Shown: piece by piece, positions 34,719-47,502 of the stretch
How the letters are laid out: each line of letters begins with the position of its first letter
Position numbering within the stretch: position 1 is the first letter of the stretch
Source of the DNA: Eledone cirrhosa
Taxonomy: Eukaryota
NCBI GenBank assembly: GCA_964016885.1
Contig: OZ024743.1
Location: 252,960,001-253,024,000 of the forward strand
Length of the DNA: 64,000 bases
Reading direction: 5' to 3'
Translations under genes and position numbers: made by a program
Notes under the pieces: model-generated
Seen by the model: only the letters and a program-made list of their open reading frames with translations
What the model was told of the DNA's origin: nothing
The model's database searches: none

Positions 34719-35467
34719 TATCTATGTTTATATATAAGGGATAAAAATATTGCTTTCTCAGTCACCAAGCTTCTCAATTCATTCCTTACTACTTATTTTG
34801 CTACGAGGTATATTATTTTGCAAGGTACTATTTTTCCCCTGAGTTTGTGATTTCAGAGAATGGTAAGAAATTCTTCATATTTTGCATCTTTTGTATTTTG
34901 ACTTTACAGTTTCAATTGTAGAATTGTCTATCCACTCAAAATATTACAACAGCTAACAGTGAAATATAGAATTTAAAAAAAAAAGCTTTTTCGACTGAAA
35001 TCAAATGTTTTTTTTTTCATTTCAAAAATATATAATTTGAAATAGCTTGCTTTTGTTTTGGACTGAAACTTTTTTGTATTTAATTCGTACGAGTATTTTT
35101 TAAAGATTCTAACAACTTGATTTGGCCCAGTAATCTACTGATATCAAAATCAGTAGTATATTGACAAATGGAAAAATAGGGTAGAGGGCGGGGGGCGTTT
35201 CGTGATTTCGAGGGGCAAAAGGGGGCGTTTGGCCAAAATGAGTTGAGAACCTTTGATCTAGACTATATTTTAACCTGTAATCCATGTTTCATTTCTGTTG
35301 CACTTCATTTCTAACTACCGCCTCTCTTTCTCTCTCTGTCTCTCTCTCTCTTTCTCTCTGTGATATTTGAATCTACTATGATTTGGGCTTACTTTATTCA
35401 TATATATATATGTTTTTGCATGTCAGATTCCAACTTTAAATAATTTGGCATTATATATATATATATA

Positions 35468-35592
35468 TTTAATATAGAAAAGGCTTCTACAGGACTAGAA
35501 CTGTTTCATTCGGGAGAAATCATCAGGGCTTCCTGATCATTTGTCCCGAATGAAACAGTTCTAATCCTGTAGAAGCCTTTTCTATATTGAAT
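35468..35592. repeat. Palindrome with partial hammerhead core on the minus strand
   Basis: AATATAGAAAAGGCTTCTACAGGA...ATCAGG-GCTT-CCTGAT...TCCTGTAGAAGCCTTTTCTATATT; minus strand reads CTGATGA-TTTCTCCCGAAT-GAAAC-AGTTCTA-GTC. Confidence 0.8.
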
Positions 35593-35678
35593 ATTTATAC
35601 TCTGCTTTGTATTGAGTACCTTACTTACTGTGAATATCCCCGATTGAACCAGGGGTAAACTTATATATATATATATAT

Positions 35679-35789
35679 ATAGGAACGAGTAGGACCCCGA
35701 CGGCTGAGCTCAAGCCGTTTCGACAGCTAATTCTGGATTAGCCGTCGAAACGGCTTGAGCTCAGCCGTCAGGGTCCTACTCGTTCCTAT
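35679..35789. repeat. Palindrome of a hammerhead 3' half (GAAAC-stem III-GTC); related half-copy at ~8195-8238
   Basis: GTC-GAAAC-GGCT-TGAGCTC-AGCC-GTC-AGGGTCC on both arms. Confidence 0.8.
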
Positions 35790-35865
35790 TACCCACTCTA
35801 CTACCCTAAGTATTGAGTACTTTGGTGCGTTATGGTCCACCTGGTTCCTTACCAGATTTCCTTCG

Positions 35866-35910
<45 letters not shown>

Positions 35911-36954
35911 AATATTATTTGTTTGCTAAAATTAGCAAATTAAATTAATTCAACACACATAGACATAATAAGGTTGTTACTCTAAATGGCCAGAAGATTG
36001 AGAAGTCATCCCTAAATATTACTAATAGTACTAGGAGAGCCATGAACGAAACCATATCATTTTAACTTTTGAAAGTATGTTTATATTCATCAATTTTCAT
36101 TATACTTTAGTAGCTGTCTCGGTGCCCTAGCTGGAGGAATCATAGACGGTGGTGATCCTCGTCTGAAGATCGGTTCCCCGTAAACCTTTTCAGTTTTTAC
36201 CTATTGGTTGTAAAATAAAACATGAAAAAGTGTATATGTACCTCTTGACCAGGATTGAACCCGACATCAGGGTCTCTACCGTCTCTACTAACTACTGCTA
36301 GGCTACAGAGACAACTACGAAAATCTTATGAAAATTTATACTTATAAACATACTTTCAAAATGTTCAAAACAAAGTGTTTTGGTGTCCTTCATGTCTTTC
36401 TAAATGTTATTACTCCTCGACTTTTAAATCATTTGGGTGTTCCATAAACTTCATCCTTCTTTTGTTTCTTGTGTGTGTGTATCTGTGTGTCTATCTATCT
36501 TTCTATCTATATATCTTTATATGTGTATGTGCCTATATATGAATGTTTGCATGCATGAATGAATACACTAAGCTTTAGATTTAGTAGAATGTACAACCAC
36601 TGATTCCAGCTACTTGTACTATCGTATATTTTGATTTCTCGTAATTCCCTGGTCAATTGGTTGACCAAATGCTTTGTTTAACCACGGGTGGTTTTCTGCT
36701 AGCATGTGTAGTGTGTATATTGATATTGTATGTTGATATTATACATAAATATATATGCATGTAGATATGATACATCAAATAAAATCGTAATTGACAATAT
36801 ACACAAAAATTGAACGAAGTCTATGTTACACTGTCTTCTGTAATCAGAAACGTAATCCATGATACATTTAAAAAACTGCATTAGGAGAAAATTAGCGACG
36901 GAAATATATGCTATATTTTTATAAGTGTTATAATATTTTGCAGCATAGTTAGGT

Positions 36955-37900
36955 CCCTTTACGGTCTGAGTTCAAGTCCCGTCGAGGTTAACTTTGCCTT
37001 TCATCCTTACGGGGTCGATAAAATAAAGTACGAGTAATGCACTAGGATAATTGCTGGCCTCGTGCTTGAATTAGAAACAGTTATAATATAACGACCGCTA
37101 ACCGGAAGTGTTTACATTTGAAAATTTTAAAGAAGTGAATTTTAAAGGTCTTTAAATAAGCTATAAAATATATTTAATCAACAGTCACGAAATTTAGCAC
37201 ATAAATTATGTAATATTCATTCATTAGGTCGGACGCCATGCTTTGACGTATAGAGTTACGGCCCTTGCCATTCTGAGTTCAAATCCCGCCGAGGTTAACT
37301 TTGCCTTTTATCCTTACGGGGGTCGATAAAATAAAGTACTAGTAATACACTGGAATAATTGCTGGCCTTGTGCCAAAGGTAGAAAAAAATTATAAGTTTA
37401 TATAAGAATCTTTGATAAGTTATATCCCAAACACTAACATAATAATAAGAAAATTAGTTATTGTTATATCACTAAATTCCTCGAAATTCTTTATTATTTT
37501 CAAATTTTATTGGAAATCATGAACAGTATTTTCATTAGAACAATGGTCATGAATCGGTTAATTTTCTGTAAAATTTGTTAAATTATGTTCCCAGGCATTA
37601 ACTTTATAATGAGAAAGTTAATAATTGTTTCTACTTTTTGGCACAAGGCCAGCAAATACCCAGTACATTACTGGCACTTTATTTTATCGACTCCGTATGG
37701 ATGAAAGGCAAAGTTAACCTCGGCGGGATTTGAACTCAGATCGTTAAGGGACGTAAAGTTAATAATTGTTTCTACTTTTGGCACAAGGCCAGCAATTACC
37801 CAGTGCATTACTGGTACTTTATTTAATCGACCCCGTAAGGATGAAAGGCAAAGTTAACCTCGGCGGGATTTGAACTCAGATCGTTAAGGAACGTAAAGTT
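36955..37900. mobile_element. Cluster of four S1 SINE copies (two plus: ~36955-37081, ~37226-37390; two minus in tandem: ~37620-37760, ~37760-37900)
   Basis: Core TCTGAGTTCAAATCCCGCCGAGGTTAACTTTGCCTTTCATCC in both orientations. Confidence 0.85.
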
Positions 37901-38449
37901 AATAATGTTACTAAATCTCTCCAGATTCTTTATTTTTAAAATGATCATTGTTCTTTATTAGATTGGTGTTCTTTATTAGAAATAAAGGGTTAATTTAATC
38001 ATGTCATGTTCCTACTGCTTACTACAGTACCTTCTAATGAAATATGAGTGCACTTTTAGCTCAGATGGCAGCCAAGTTAAAAGGCAGGAGAATTCTTTCG
38101 ATTGCTTAAAAGACATCCCTGTATAAAATTTAAATGGATTTGCAGTGATTCACTGAAAACATTTAGAATCTTCTTGGAATCTTCTTGGAATCTTCTTGGA
38201 ACAGTTATTTAAAATTTATTGTTGTTTCACATCTAAGCTAATCTAAAACAGTTTCTATTTGTTAAAAACAGTATAATACAAAGCTGTAGTGTACTAATGT
38301 TTATACAGCATGGTATTTCCAAAAGTGTTTTCAAACATTACTACCCAAAGGGTACAGGCCTAGATGATGTTGGTTAGGGCTCTGGCTGTCTCATGGCTAC
38401 AATGGATAAAATAGAAACAGTTTAACCCAGAGGATGGTGAAGAAGACAT

Positions 38450-39120
38450 GTTGAAATAGCCATTCAAACTTGTGGGGATTATCTCTACAGGTGAACAACC
38501 CTACCCCAATATTAGTAGGGAAGTGATCTGGAATCAAGAATTCCGTGAGTCTCAACTGCTACACGTCTGATGACAAACCTATTGGAGGAAGGCCAATACT
38601 TTGACAGCTTGCGATTTTCAGCTTGTCGGGATGCAAAGCCTGACTCTGTTGCTGAATGGAATAGGCTGGCACTGGAAAAGGTATCACTGTATGTTGTGTC
38701 CCTGATAAAGTTCTTGCCAGTGCAGAACATGAAAATCATGATGCCTTCTACCATCCCTCAGTTCAAGCTGGAAAGAAAGACCTGTGGCATTCAAGTCAAG
38801 TTTATAATCTCATGTAGAGTGACATGGTGTGGTAGTCAGCTAGTACTGTAGTGGCATGTTAGAGAATGAAGGATGAAAGTGCTTACAGTGGATCAACAGT
38901 TGCAAATCTAAAAGCCAAGCCTCAATGAAACACCTATGTGCAGACAGTCACTGTCTAGCTGAGTACTGGTTGCTAGTGATGGTATGACATTAAGCCAAGC
39001 AATTCTGTTGAGTTGGGCGGCAGAGTGAAAACATACCAGATGGTGCTGGTCCAGAAGGAGCACAACGCTCTTCAAAGCCATGTGACACTTGATTGCATAA
39101 ATAGCGAATACATTTGACAC
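38450..39120 (-). mobile_element. Second CRE-clade LINE fragment (decayed)
   Basis: IAWLNVIPSLATSTQLDSDCLHIGVSLRLG (38908-39120) and GKNFIRDTTYSDTF...RQAENRKLSKY...VAVETHG (38512-38754). Confidence 0.65.
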
Positions 39121-39203
39121 ATTTAAATAGAATTCAACATGATTATAACTTCTTTAATTGTGATCCCCAACAATATATGTAATAATAATAATAATAATAA
39201 TAA

Positions 39204-40793
39204 TGCTTTCTTTATTAACTACAAGGGTTTACACAAAGTAAGACATTAAGGACAGTACAGGACAATACAGGACAATACAGGACGGTACAAATGGGCATTT
39301 CTGCGTGTAAAAAAACAAAAAACAGAGAATGTAACAAAAAAAGAAACAATGAAAAATTCCCCAATAAGGAGGAGACTTCCGAGGGCCAACGTGGAGAAAG
39401 CCCATAAAAAAAAGCCACGGTGACCTTGACCACCAGGGCAAGTGCCCTCTCCCAGTTTTCCTCCTTCAATTTACAGACACATACTCAGAGTAGGCCCATT
39501 CACACGGGCCATTCTTGCCTCTCTCACCCACCTTTCAACAAAATGCTGGGAAGAGAGCACTTCCCTCTGTACCCTGATTTTCCTTTTTAAATGAAATTTG
39601 AAAAAGTTAATCAGGGCATCACCGAAGAGTTAAGTGCTCGTCTTAAGTCCTTTCAAACACGTCCACCATACTATCTCTTTCGCCATGGCCACCTGAGAGA
39701 TAAAAATTGCCTGCCCTTCCCGGCTAAAGGAAGAGGGCGGGGCAATCCTCACGATGGACTCAGCTGATAGCCGGATCTGTCCTACATGCAACAGCAGGTG
39801 TTCAACATAAACCCACAATTCAGCAATGCTCGGACACTGGACGAGTGTGTGCAGGACGGTTTCATCGCCCTGCGCGCATCTTGGACATGCCCGGCTGACG
39901 GCACTTCCATGCCTGTGGAGTTTATCCCAAACTGGCAAAGCTCCTCGGTAGCACTGCCAGGCCAAGGATTTCTGGAAGTTGTCCATAGGCCCCGGCCCAA
40001 AAGTTCTTCCGAAGAGATTGGCTAGTTGATTTTCGTCGACGCCTAGAGTTTCCCCAAGTACGTCGTCGCTCTTCCCCTCAACTAGTCTTGTATAGAATGC
40101 TGAGGTGGAGTTTCCACCGATCACATTGCTCGATTGGTCGAGGGCTGGGAGCGCCTGAAGACATTCCAGTCTCCAAGCGATCCCTCTCGGTCTTCCCTTG
40201 ACCCAGGACTGCAGCTCCGTCAAGGAGATAAGCTGGGGAAAGATGTGTCTGGCAAACGGCGACCACACCTGATCATCGTCAAGGAAGAGGTGGAGATGTC
40301 GTAGCCTGAGCGCGAGTCTGTGCCTCATCAGCCACGGCATGCCCAGCCCTCCACGTAGCAGGTGTTGACAGCAGATGGACCACCTGACCATCGGAGCGCG
40401 TCCCTTCCACAAAAAGCGAAAGAGCAAATGCTCCAGTGCAGTCAGGCGAGGCTTAGGACAAGGTACGACGGTCAGGCAGTAGTAGATGACGGACGCGATA
40501 TACGCATTCGCAACCTCCGCTCAACCTTTCAGGGATAGCTTCCTCCCCGCACATTTCTGAGTGAGAGAAGCCACCCTGCTCATCACCTCGTCCCAGTTTT
40601 TGTCCGTCTGGAGGTCCGGACTGAACCCGACCTCCAGCAATTTAACTGGTCCGTCCGTCCACCGCCTGACGACACTGTTGGACGGCATGGACCTGCCTCT
40701 CCAGGTGCCGAGCTGCAGGCCCACTGACTTTTCCTGGTTGATCATTGCTCCTGTCACTGCTTCGTATTCTCTTAGTGTAGGGCCAATCGCCTC
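39204..40793 (-). mobile_element. 5'-truncated Tx1 family-A copy in (AAT)n
   Basis: Reverse-complement match to 16982-18568; (AAT)n at 39181-39203 and 40794-40815. Confidence 0.92.
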
Positions 40794-40819
40794 AATAATA
40801 ATAATAATAATAATAAAAA

Positions 40820-41365
40820 GAAGAAGAATGTGGATCACATAATTATGATTGAAACAGTGAACCACTTAATATCTAGATGCAAACTTTGCACCAGTAGAGT
40901 ATAAATTAAGACATGACAGAGTTGGTCAATATCTATATTGGTTTGTTGCTGGCATTGTAAAAGCAAAACTATTGACAAGTGGTATAAACATTACCCTGTG
41001 GCTGTAACTGAGGAAGAAAATGGAATGTTTCTTTGGGATTTTCTTGTACATATAAACAGGACCATCAAAACTAATAGACCGGATATTATTGTAAAAGACC
41101 AAAATAACAAAGTTATTGATTGATACAAATATCCCATGTGATCACAATATTGTAGCAAAAGAATTCAGCAAGCTCAGAAACATAAAGAATAGATGATTAA
41201 AACTGAAAATATGTGGCATCTCAAGATGGTTACAATATTAATGATTGTAGGAGCACTAGGAATGATAGAAATAGAAAAAAGAAAATTGAAAACCATCACT
41301 GCAATAAGTGCAAAAATGGTTTTAACTGGTACAGCATACATACTGATAAGCGCACTATCACTATG
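40820..41365 (+). mobile_element. Decayed R4/Dong-type fragment (zinc finger plus REL)
   Basis: ETVNHLISRCK, EYKLRHDRVG, FLWDFLVHINRTIKTNRPDIIVKD, IVGALG. Confidence 0.75.
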
Positions 41366-41744
41366 AGGATGATAATCCTCTATGTATTTTTTTTTACTTA
41401 CCTTTATTAGATTATATTCCATAATTATGTAAGATACAAATAATCGAGTACACTTATATAATTGATTATCATTTGGTTGTAAATATGATTTTAAACATAT
41501 AATGTCTAACCCATGCTAGCGTGGAAAATGGACGTTAAACAAAGATGATGATGATGATGATGATGAATGTGCACATGTATAAAGCAAATGTTATACTTGT
41601 GAATGCATAAAATTGGTAAAAACATGAACAATCTGGTGTGTTTATTTTTGTGACTTATAGAGTATAGAGTGAGTTTTTCTGTCCTATCTTTCAAGAAATG
41701 GAAACAAAACTGAAGGAAATGGAAAAATACAAATAATAATAATA

Positions 41745-42705
41745 ATAATTGTTTCTACTTTAGGTGCAAGGGCAGCAATTTTGGTGGAGAGGAAAGTCAA
41801 TTAAATCAACACCAGTGTATTATAGGTGCTTTATTTAATCAACCCCATAAGAATGAAAGGCAAAACTAACCTTGGAGGGATTTGATTTCAATACGTAAAG
41901 TGCCATAACTCTATGCTGCAAAGGATGATGTATGATGTTCCACTGATACAGCCAATCCACCACCCTACTTTTGGCACAAAGCCAGCAATTACCTCAGTAC
42001 ATTACTGGTACTTTATTTTATCGACCCTGTAAGGATGAAAGGCAAAGTGAACCTCGGCGGGATTTGAACTCAGACTGTAAAGGATTGTAACTTTATGCTG
42101 CAAAATATGGCGTCCGACCCTCTACGGATACTGCCAATCCACTGCCATAGTAATGATAATGACAACAACAACATGAAAAGAAAAAATTATTTGTATGAGT
42201 GTCCACAAGAAAATAACTTGAATAAAAATACAATGAAAACATTCCTAAAGTATCGACTCTTATGAAACAAGTGAAAAGCATTAGGAACACAAAGCACAAA
42301 CAGTACCAATAATTGTAGTTTGGCTTGGTGGAAGAATGGGAAAGGTTGAAAATATCTTGAAGTTCATAAAAAGTGTGATTTTCTGGAAAAGGAAACCATG
42401 CTCAGGAAAATCATCTTAGGTGTGGTACAACCAGGACCATGATTCTACCAATTGTAATAACATCATAGAACTGTAGATCCCTTTTAGGATGCCAGCCAAC
42501 AAATTTTGTTAGCTGGGACTTCGACTAAAAACAATTATAACACTTCCTATAATAATAATTGTTTCTACTTTTGGCACAAGGCCAGTAATTTCAATTCCCA
42601 TGCATTACTGGTACATTATTTTATCAACCCTCGTAAGGATTTGGACACAGACCGTAAAGCGCCATAACTCTATGCTGCAAAGCATGGCATCTGACGCTCT
42701 ACCGA
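41745..42705 (-). mobile_element. Three decayed S1 SINE copies (~41745-41965, ~41965-42148, ~42555-42705)
   Basis: AATTGTTTCTACTTT...GGATGAAAGGCAAAGT.AACCTCGGCGGGATTTGAACTCAGA; AAT tails. Confidence 0.75.
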
Positions 42706-42954
42706 AATGAAAAGTAAAGGCAAGAAGAAAATAGAGAAAAATGATAACTGTGAAAAATGATAAAATAGAGAAAAATGATAAATGATAACATCTTTAATAA
42801 GTGCAAAAAAAAAAAAGGCAGTAGTGTCACAAAAACAAGAGAGATGTTTCCTGGAGATGAGGTATGTTGCTGGCATGATTATACCAATAATATACTATAC
42901 AAGGTTAACAGAAGATTTTAATTTCTAATAAAATTAATTATACATAGATATTTA

Positions 42955-43140
42955 TGATAATGATGATGATAATAATAGTGATGATGATGATGAACATGAT
43001 GATGATGTTAGTACTGATAATGATGAAAAATGTATTGATGTTGATAGTGATGATAATGATAACTATATTGATGGTGATGGTGATAATGATAACAACAACA
43101 ACAATGACAATCCTGTCGGAAATGATGATGATGATGATCT
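42955..43140. repeat. Degenerate (GAT)n microsatellite
   Basis: Direct inspection. Confidence 0.9.
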
Positions 43141-43446
43141 TGATTGCAACAATAGAAATAAATTAAAAACCAAAACCAAACGAAATTAAATTAAATGAAT
43201 CATTCTTTTTTCTCACTTTAAAATGCTTTGATAAAAATTGAGTACGTCCCAAACACCCTACCGCCGTCAACCCTGCTGCCCTCCAATTTCAGCTTTAATA
43301 ATCACAATAATCATTTTAAAAAACGAAAGTCTCATTGTATATTTAAATGGACAGAATTTTTTTAATATTCCTTTATTTATTTATTTATTAACATTTTTAC
43401 ATCTTTTCAAAATGTTTCATTAATGGAGAATTCAATAGAAAATACA

Positions 43447-43482
<36 letters not shown>

Positions 43483-43527
43483 TTATATATATGTATGTAT
43501 ATGTATTTAAATATGTATATACGTGTG

Positions 43528-43566
<39 letters not shown>

Positions 43567-43676
43567 GAATTTCTTTTGTTATCAGTAACAGTAATGAATT
43601 AATGATCGCTTTCATTTGGAATTTTTCCAATGGCAAAAAATGTTTAAAAAACTATAACTATAACTACATATATATG

Positions 43677-43728
<52 letters not shown>

Positions 43729-43959
43729 CATTATATTGTAATTATCATTATTAATTTTTGTGCAAAATTTGAAAAGTTTTAGTCATAATGAATAAATGAT
43801 CATAAAAAAAAGTGGTTGGTTTGAAACATGCGGAATTTCTAAGTAACAGATAATGTATAGTTCTTTGCTGAAAAGCTGATACCTTTTCAATTGAATAATA
43901 ATAATGATAATAATAATAATAATGATAATAATAGTAATAATATTGATGATAAGAATAAT

Positions 43960-44830
43960 GATAAGATATTTATGAAGAGAATGATAAGAAAAAAGAAACG
44001 GTGAAAGGAATGATTAAAATCTAAATTGAAAAAAGAGACCTGAAAAATATCATATGAATGGATGTCAACAAAAAACCCTATATAGCCAATAAAGGAAAAA
44101 GCTCAATAAAGGGGAGGTAAACAAGGAAAATTCACAAAACTTGCTATGAGACACTGCTCTCACACCAAGAGTGAAGGATCCTTATTTGCTATGCAAGATC
44201 AAAGCCTCCACACCAGAAACCAAGAAATATACTTAATGAAGCAAAATAGAGTAACTGCAGAATATGAAAAGATGGGGAAGAAACAATTAACCACATTATA
44301 TCTTGCTGCCCAATATTAGATAATGAAGGATATTCAGAGGCATGACAGAGCTGGGATTTACATTCACATTACGAAATACCAACAGAAAAGAGGTGATAAA
44401 GACATTCACCAGTAAAGGTGTCAGAGTCTGACAAAACAACCATATTCTGGGATATCCAATATACAAAGATGGAAAAAGCAAAGCGAACCCACCAGATGTC
44501 ATAGAATAGAACATAAAGAAAATAGTATCTTCTAATCCACAGTCGATAACATATCTATCAGGGAAATGGAGAAATTATCCAAATATAAAGATCTGGAAAT
44601 AGAAATAACTCAGATGTGAATGATGAAAACAAAATTAATCTATATAGAAAAAAATAGGTATTCTGGGAATGATAAAAACACACAGACAGATACATAACCA
44701 AAACCCAGAAAATATAAATATATACAGCATACAGAAAATGGCACTGCATACAAAAAATACTTTTAGTACAATAGAAACAACACTGCACATATTCAAGTTA
44801 CACAGCGCTGTACTTGGAAATGCAGTGACA
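43960..44830 (+). mobile_element. Highly decayed R4/Dong-type fragment after (AAT)n
   Basis: AMQDQSLHTRN, EETINHI, RRHDRAG.YIH, TILWD, SKYKDLEIEI motifs across frames. Confidence 0.65.
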
Positions 44831-44984
44831 GTGCACAATGAAAAGAAGGAAGAAGATGAATGGTTTCTAACTTAGGCATAAGGCAAGTAACACAGTGGGA
44901 TACAAAAGTTCATAAAATTAACCCCAGTACTTTACTGGTACTTTAAAGGACCCCAAATGGATCACAAGCAAATAAATATTTTAA

Positions 44985-45372
44985 TGACTTCTTTATTAGC
45001 CACGTACGGCTGACAAGAAGTGAACATTAAAAACAGCACAAAATGGCTCTGGAGGATTTTCCCTTGTAAAAAATGTAATAACAAAAAACAACAAAAGAGT
45101 ACAAATTCAAACAAAAGAAAATTCCCCAATAGTGAAGAGACTTCCAAAAGGGCATGGCCTCTGACTGCTAGGGTAAGTGCCCCCTCCCAGCTGTTCTCCT
45201 CCAGCCTACAGGCAAATACTCAGAGTAAGCCCATGCTCATCACACCCATTCACCTTTCAACAAAGATACTGGAATGTAGTACTCCCCTCTCCATCAGGTT
45301 TTTCTCCTATCAAGTGAAAATTGACAGTTAATCAGGAATTCCCTGAAGAGGAATGTGTCAGTCCTTATCCCC
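44985..45372 (-). mobile_element. Tx1 3' end fragment followed by (AAT)n, an S1 SINE (45388-45615, minus) and another Tx1 tail (~45640-45860, minus)
   Basis: TTGAAAGGTGAATG...CTGTAGGCTGGAGGAG...CTATTGGGGAATTTT...GTGGCTAATAAAGAAG on minus strand. Confidence 0.7.
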
Positions 45373-45869
45373 TATAATAATAATAATGTTTTCTGATTTA
45401 GGCACACGGCTAACAACTTTGGAGGACAGGAAAGTCAATTAAATCAACCACAGTGCATTACTAGTATTTATCTTATCAATCCTGTAAGGATGAAAGACAG
45501 CGTTAACCTTAGCAGGATTTGTACTCAGAAAACAAAGGGCTATAACAATATGCCACAGATCATGTGCTCTACCAATTAAAAGAAAATGTGCCCTATCAAT
45601 TCTACCAACCCACCCCCTAATAATAATGATAATAATGAAGATTTCTTTACTAGCAACAGAGGGGTCACATTAAGAAAATATTAAAAAGGGTACATAATGA
45701 TGCAGTGTGGGTTTTTGTACGTAAAAATGTTATAACTAAAACTAAGAATATAGACAACTAAAAATCAAACAAACAAAAACAAATGATTCAATAGGGGAAG
45801 AACTCTGAGGGTCGAATGTAGCCTGAGCCCCAAAAGGCCACAGTTAACCAGTTGCCCTCCTGCAATTTA

Positions 45870-46165
45870 CATGCACACTGCTCCAGTTTACTCAGCTGTA
45901 GAAATGAGATGATAGGGACTGGGGTCCCTATCATTCCACTGCAAAGTGGTCGTGGAGGTGCCACGGCAAAAAAGCACCCAGCCCACACTGTAAAGAGGAC
46001 GTGGAGGCGCCACGGAAAAAAAATAAAAGCACCCAGCACTCATTGTAAATGAGGTTGCTGTTATGAAGGGCATCCAGCTGTAGAAATCAAGCCAGAATCA
46101 GTTCCCGTCCCACCCTTGCAAGCAGGAAAAAGCGGACGTGAAATGAAATGATGATGATGATGATG
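45870..46165 (+). mobile_element. SINE/LINE 3' fragment with (GAT)n tail
   Basis: GAAGGGCATCCAGCTGTAGAAA...AAAAGCGGACGTGAAATGAAATGATGATGATG; similar tails at 41510-41565 and ~50035. Confidence 0.55.
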
Positions 46166-46167
46166 AC

Positions 46168-47502
46168 ACCCAGAGCTGGCCCATTCATTTGGACCATGCT
46201 CGCCACTCTCACCCAACTTTCAACAAACAGGTTGGATGCATTTCCTATCCTACCTTGATTTTCCTTGTTAAGTAAAACCTTGAAAATTTAACCAGGTCTT
46301 TACCAAAATAGAACATGCTGGTCTACAACCCGTTCAAATGAGTCCAGGAGACAAGCCCTTTTGCTAATGCCACCAGACAGATAAAAACTGCCTGCCCTTC
46401 CCAGCAAAAGGAAGGTGTCAGGGTGATCTTCACAATGGACTCAGCTGATAATTGGATCCATCCTAGAAGTGACAGCAGGCATTCACCATAAACCAACAAG
46501 TCAGAAATACTTGGACACTCAATGAGTGCATTCAGGATGATTTTCTTGCCTTATGCACATCTTGGATATATTCTAAAAACAACGCTTCCATGCTTGTAGA
46601 GTTTCTCTTGAAGAGGTAATGCTCTCTAGTAGCTCTAACAGGCCAGGGATTTCTGGAAGTCATCCATTGACCCAGGACTGAAAGTCTTCTGGAAAAGAAT
46701 GGCTAGTTGAATTCTGTCAATGACCAGATTCTCCCCAAGAATGTCATCGTTTTCTCCCACTTCAACCCCTCTATAAAATGCTAAGGTGGAGTTTCCACCA
46801 ATCCTACTGTCTGATTTGGCAGAGAGTTGTGAGAGCTTGAAGACATGGGCATGGTGTTCAAGTGGTAGTAGATGATAGATGTGATATACATATTTACCAT
46901 TCCTTTCCAACATTTCAGAGATAGCTTCCTCTTGACCCATTTCTCGGTTAAAGTGGCAATCTTGGTCATTACCCATCCTAGTTTTTGTTAATTTGGAGGA
47001 CAGGACCAAACTAAACTCTGAGCAATATAACTGCTCTGTCTGTCCAGCAGCCAATGATGCTGTTGGATGGCATGGACCTGGTGCTCCAGGTGCTGTGTTG
47101 CAGGCCCACTGACTTTTTGCTCCTGTTACTGCTTAATACTCAAATGTGTTTGGTGTTCACATCCACAATGGTGACATTGTTGGTATATGCTGACACAAAT
47201 CTTTCATGTCCTACTTCATGCGGGATGCCCAGCGACATTTCTAATGTGTGTACTAGAGGTTCAAGAGTCAATACATACAACAGAGATGAGAGGGAAAAAC
47301 ATTGACAGACAAAGCATAGGATGTTGAATGGTTCTAAGGAGTGACCAATTAGCCTGACCACAGAGTAGATGTCATTGTGTATTGCAGTGATCCAGACTCT
47401 GAAAATAGGTCCAAAGCTGTTTGACTTGAGGACTGTAACCAGGTGCTAATGGTCAACCCTATCAAAGGCTTTCCATTGATCTAAATTGATCAGTGCCCCA
47501 TC
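46168..47502 (-). mobile_element. Old degenerate Tx1 ORF2 fragment
   Basis: LSSLLYVLTLEPL, VSAYTNNVT (YADD decayed), GGNSTLAFYRG, MDDFQKSLA. Confidence 0.8.

Larger units (their letters stand above)
32103..35255. mobile_element. Non-autonomous hAT (Charlie-like) element carrying nested insertions
   Basis: TIRs TAAAGGTTCTCAA / TTGAGAACCTTTG; perfect 8-bp TSD ATCTAGAC at 32095-32102 and 35256-35263. Confidence 0.75.
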
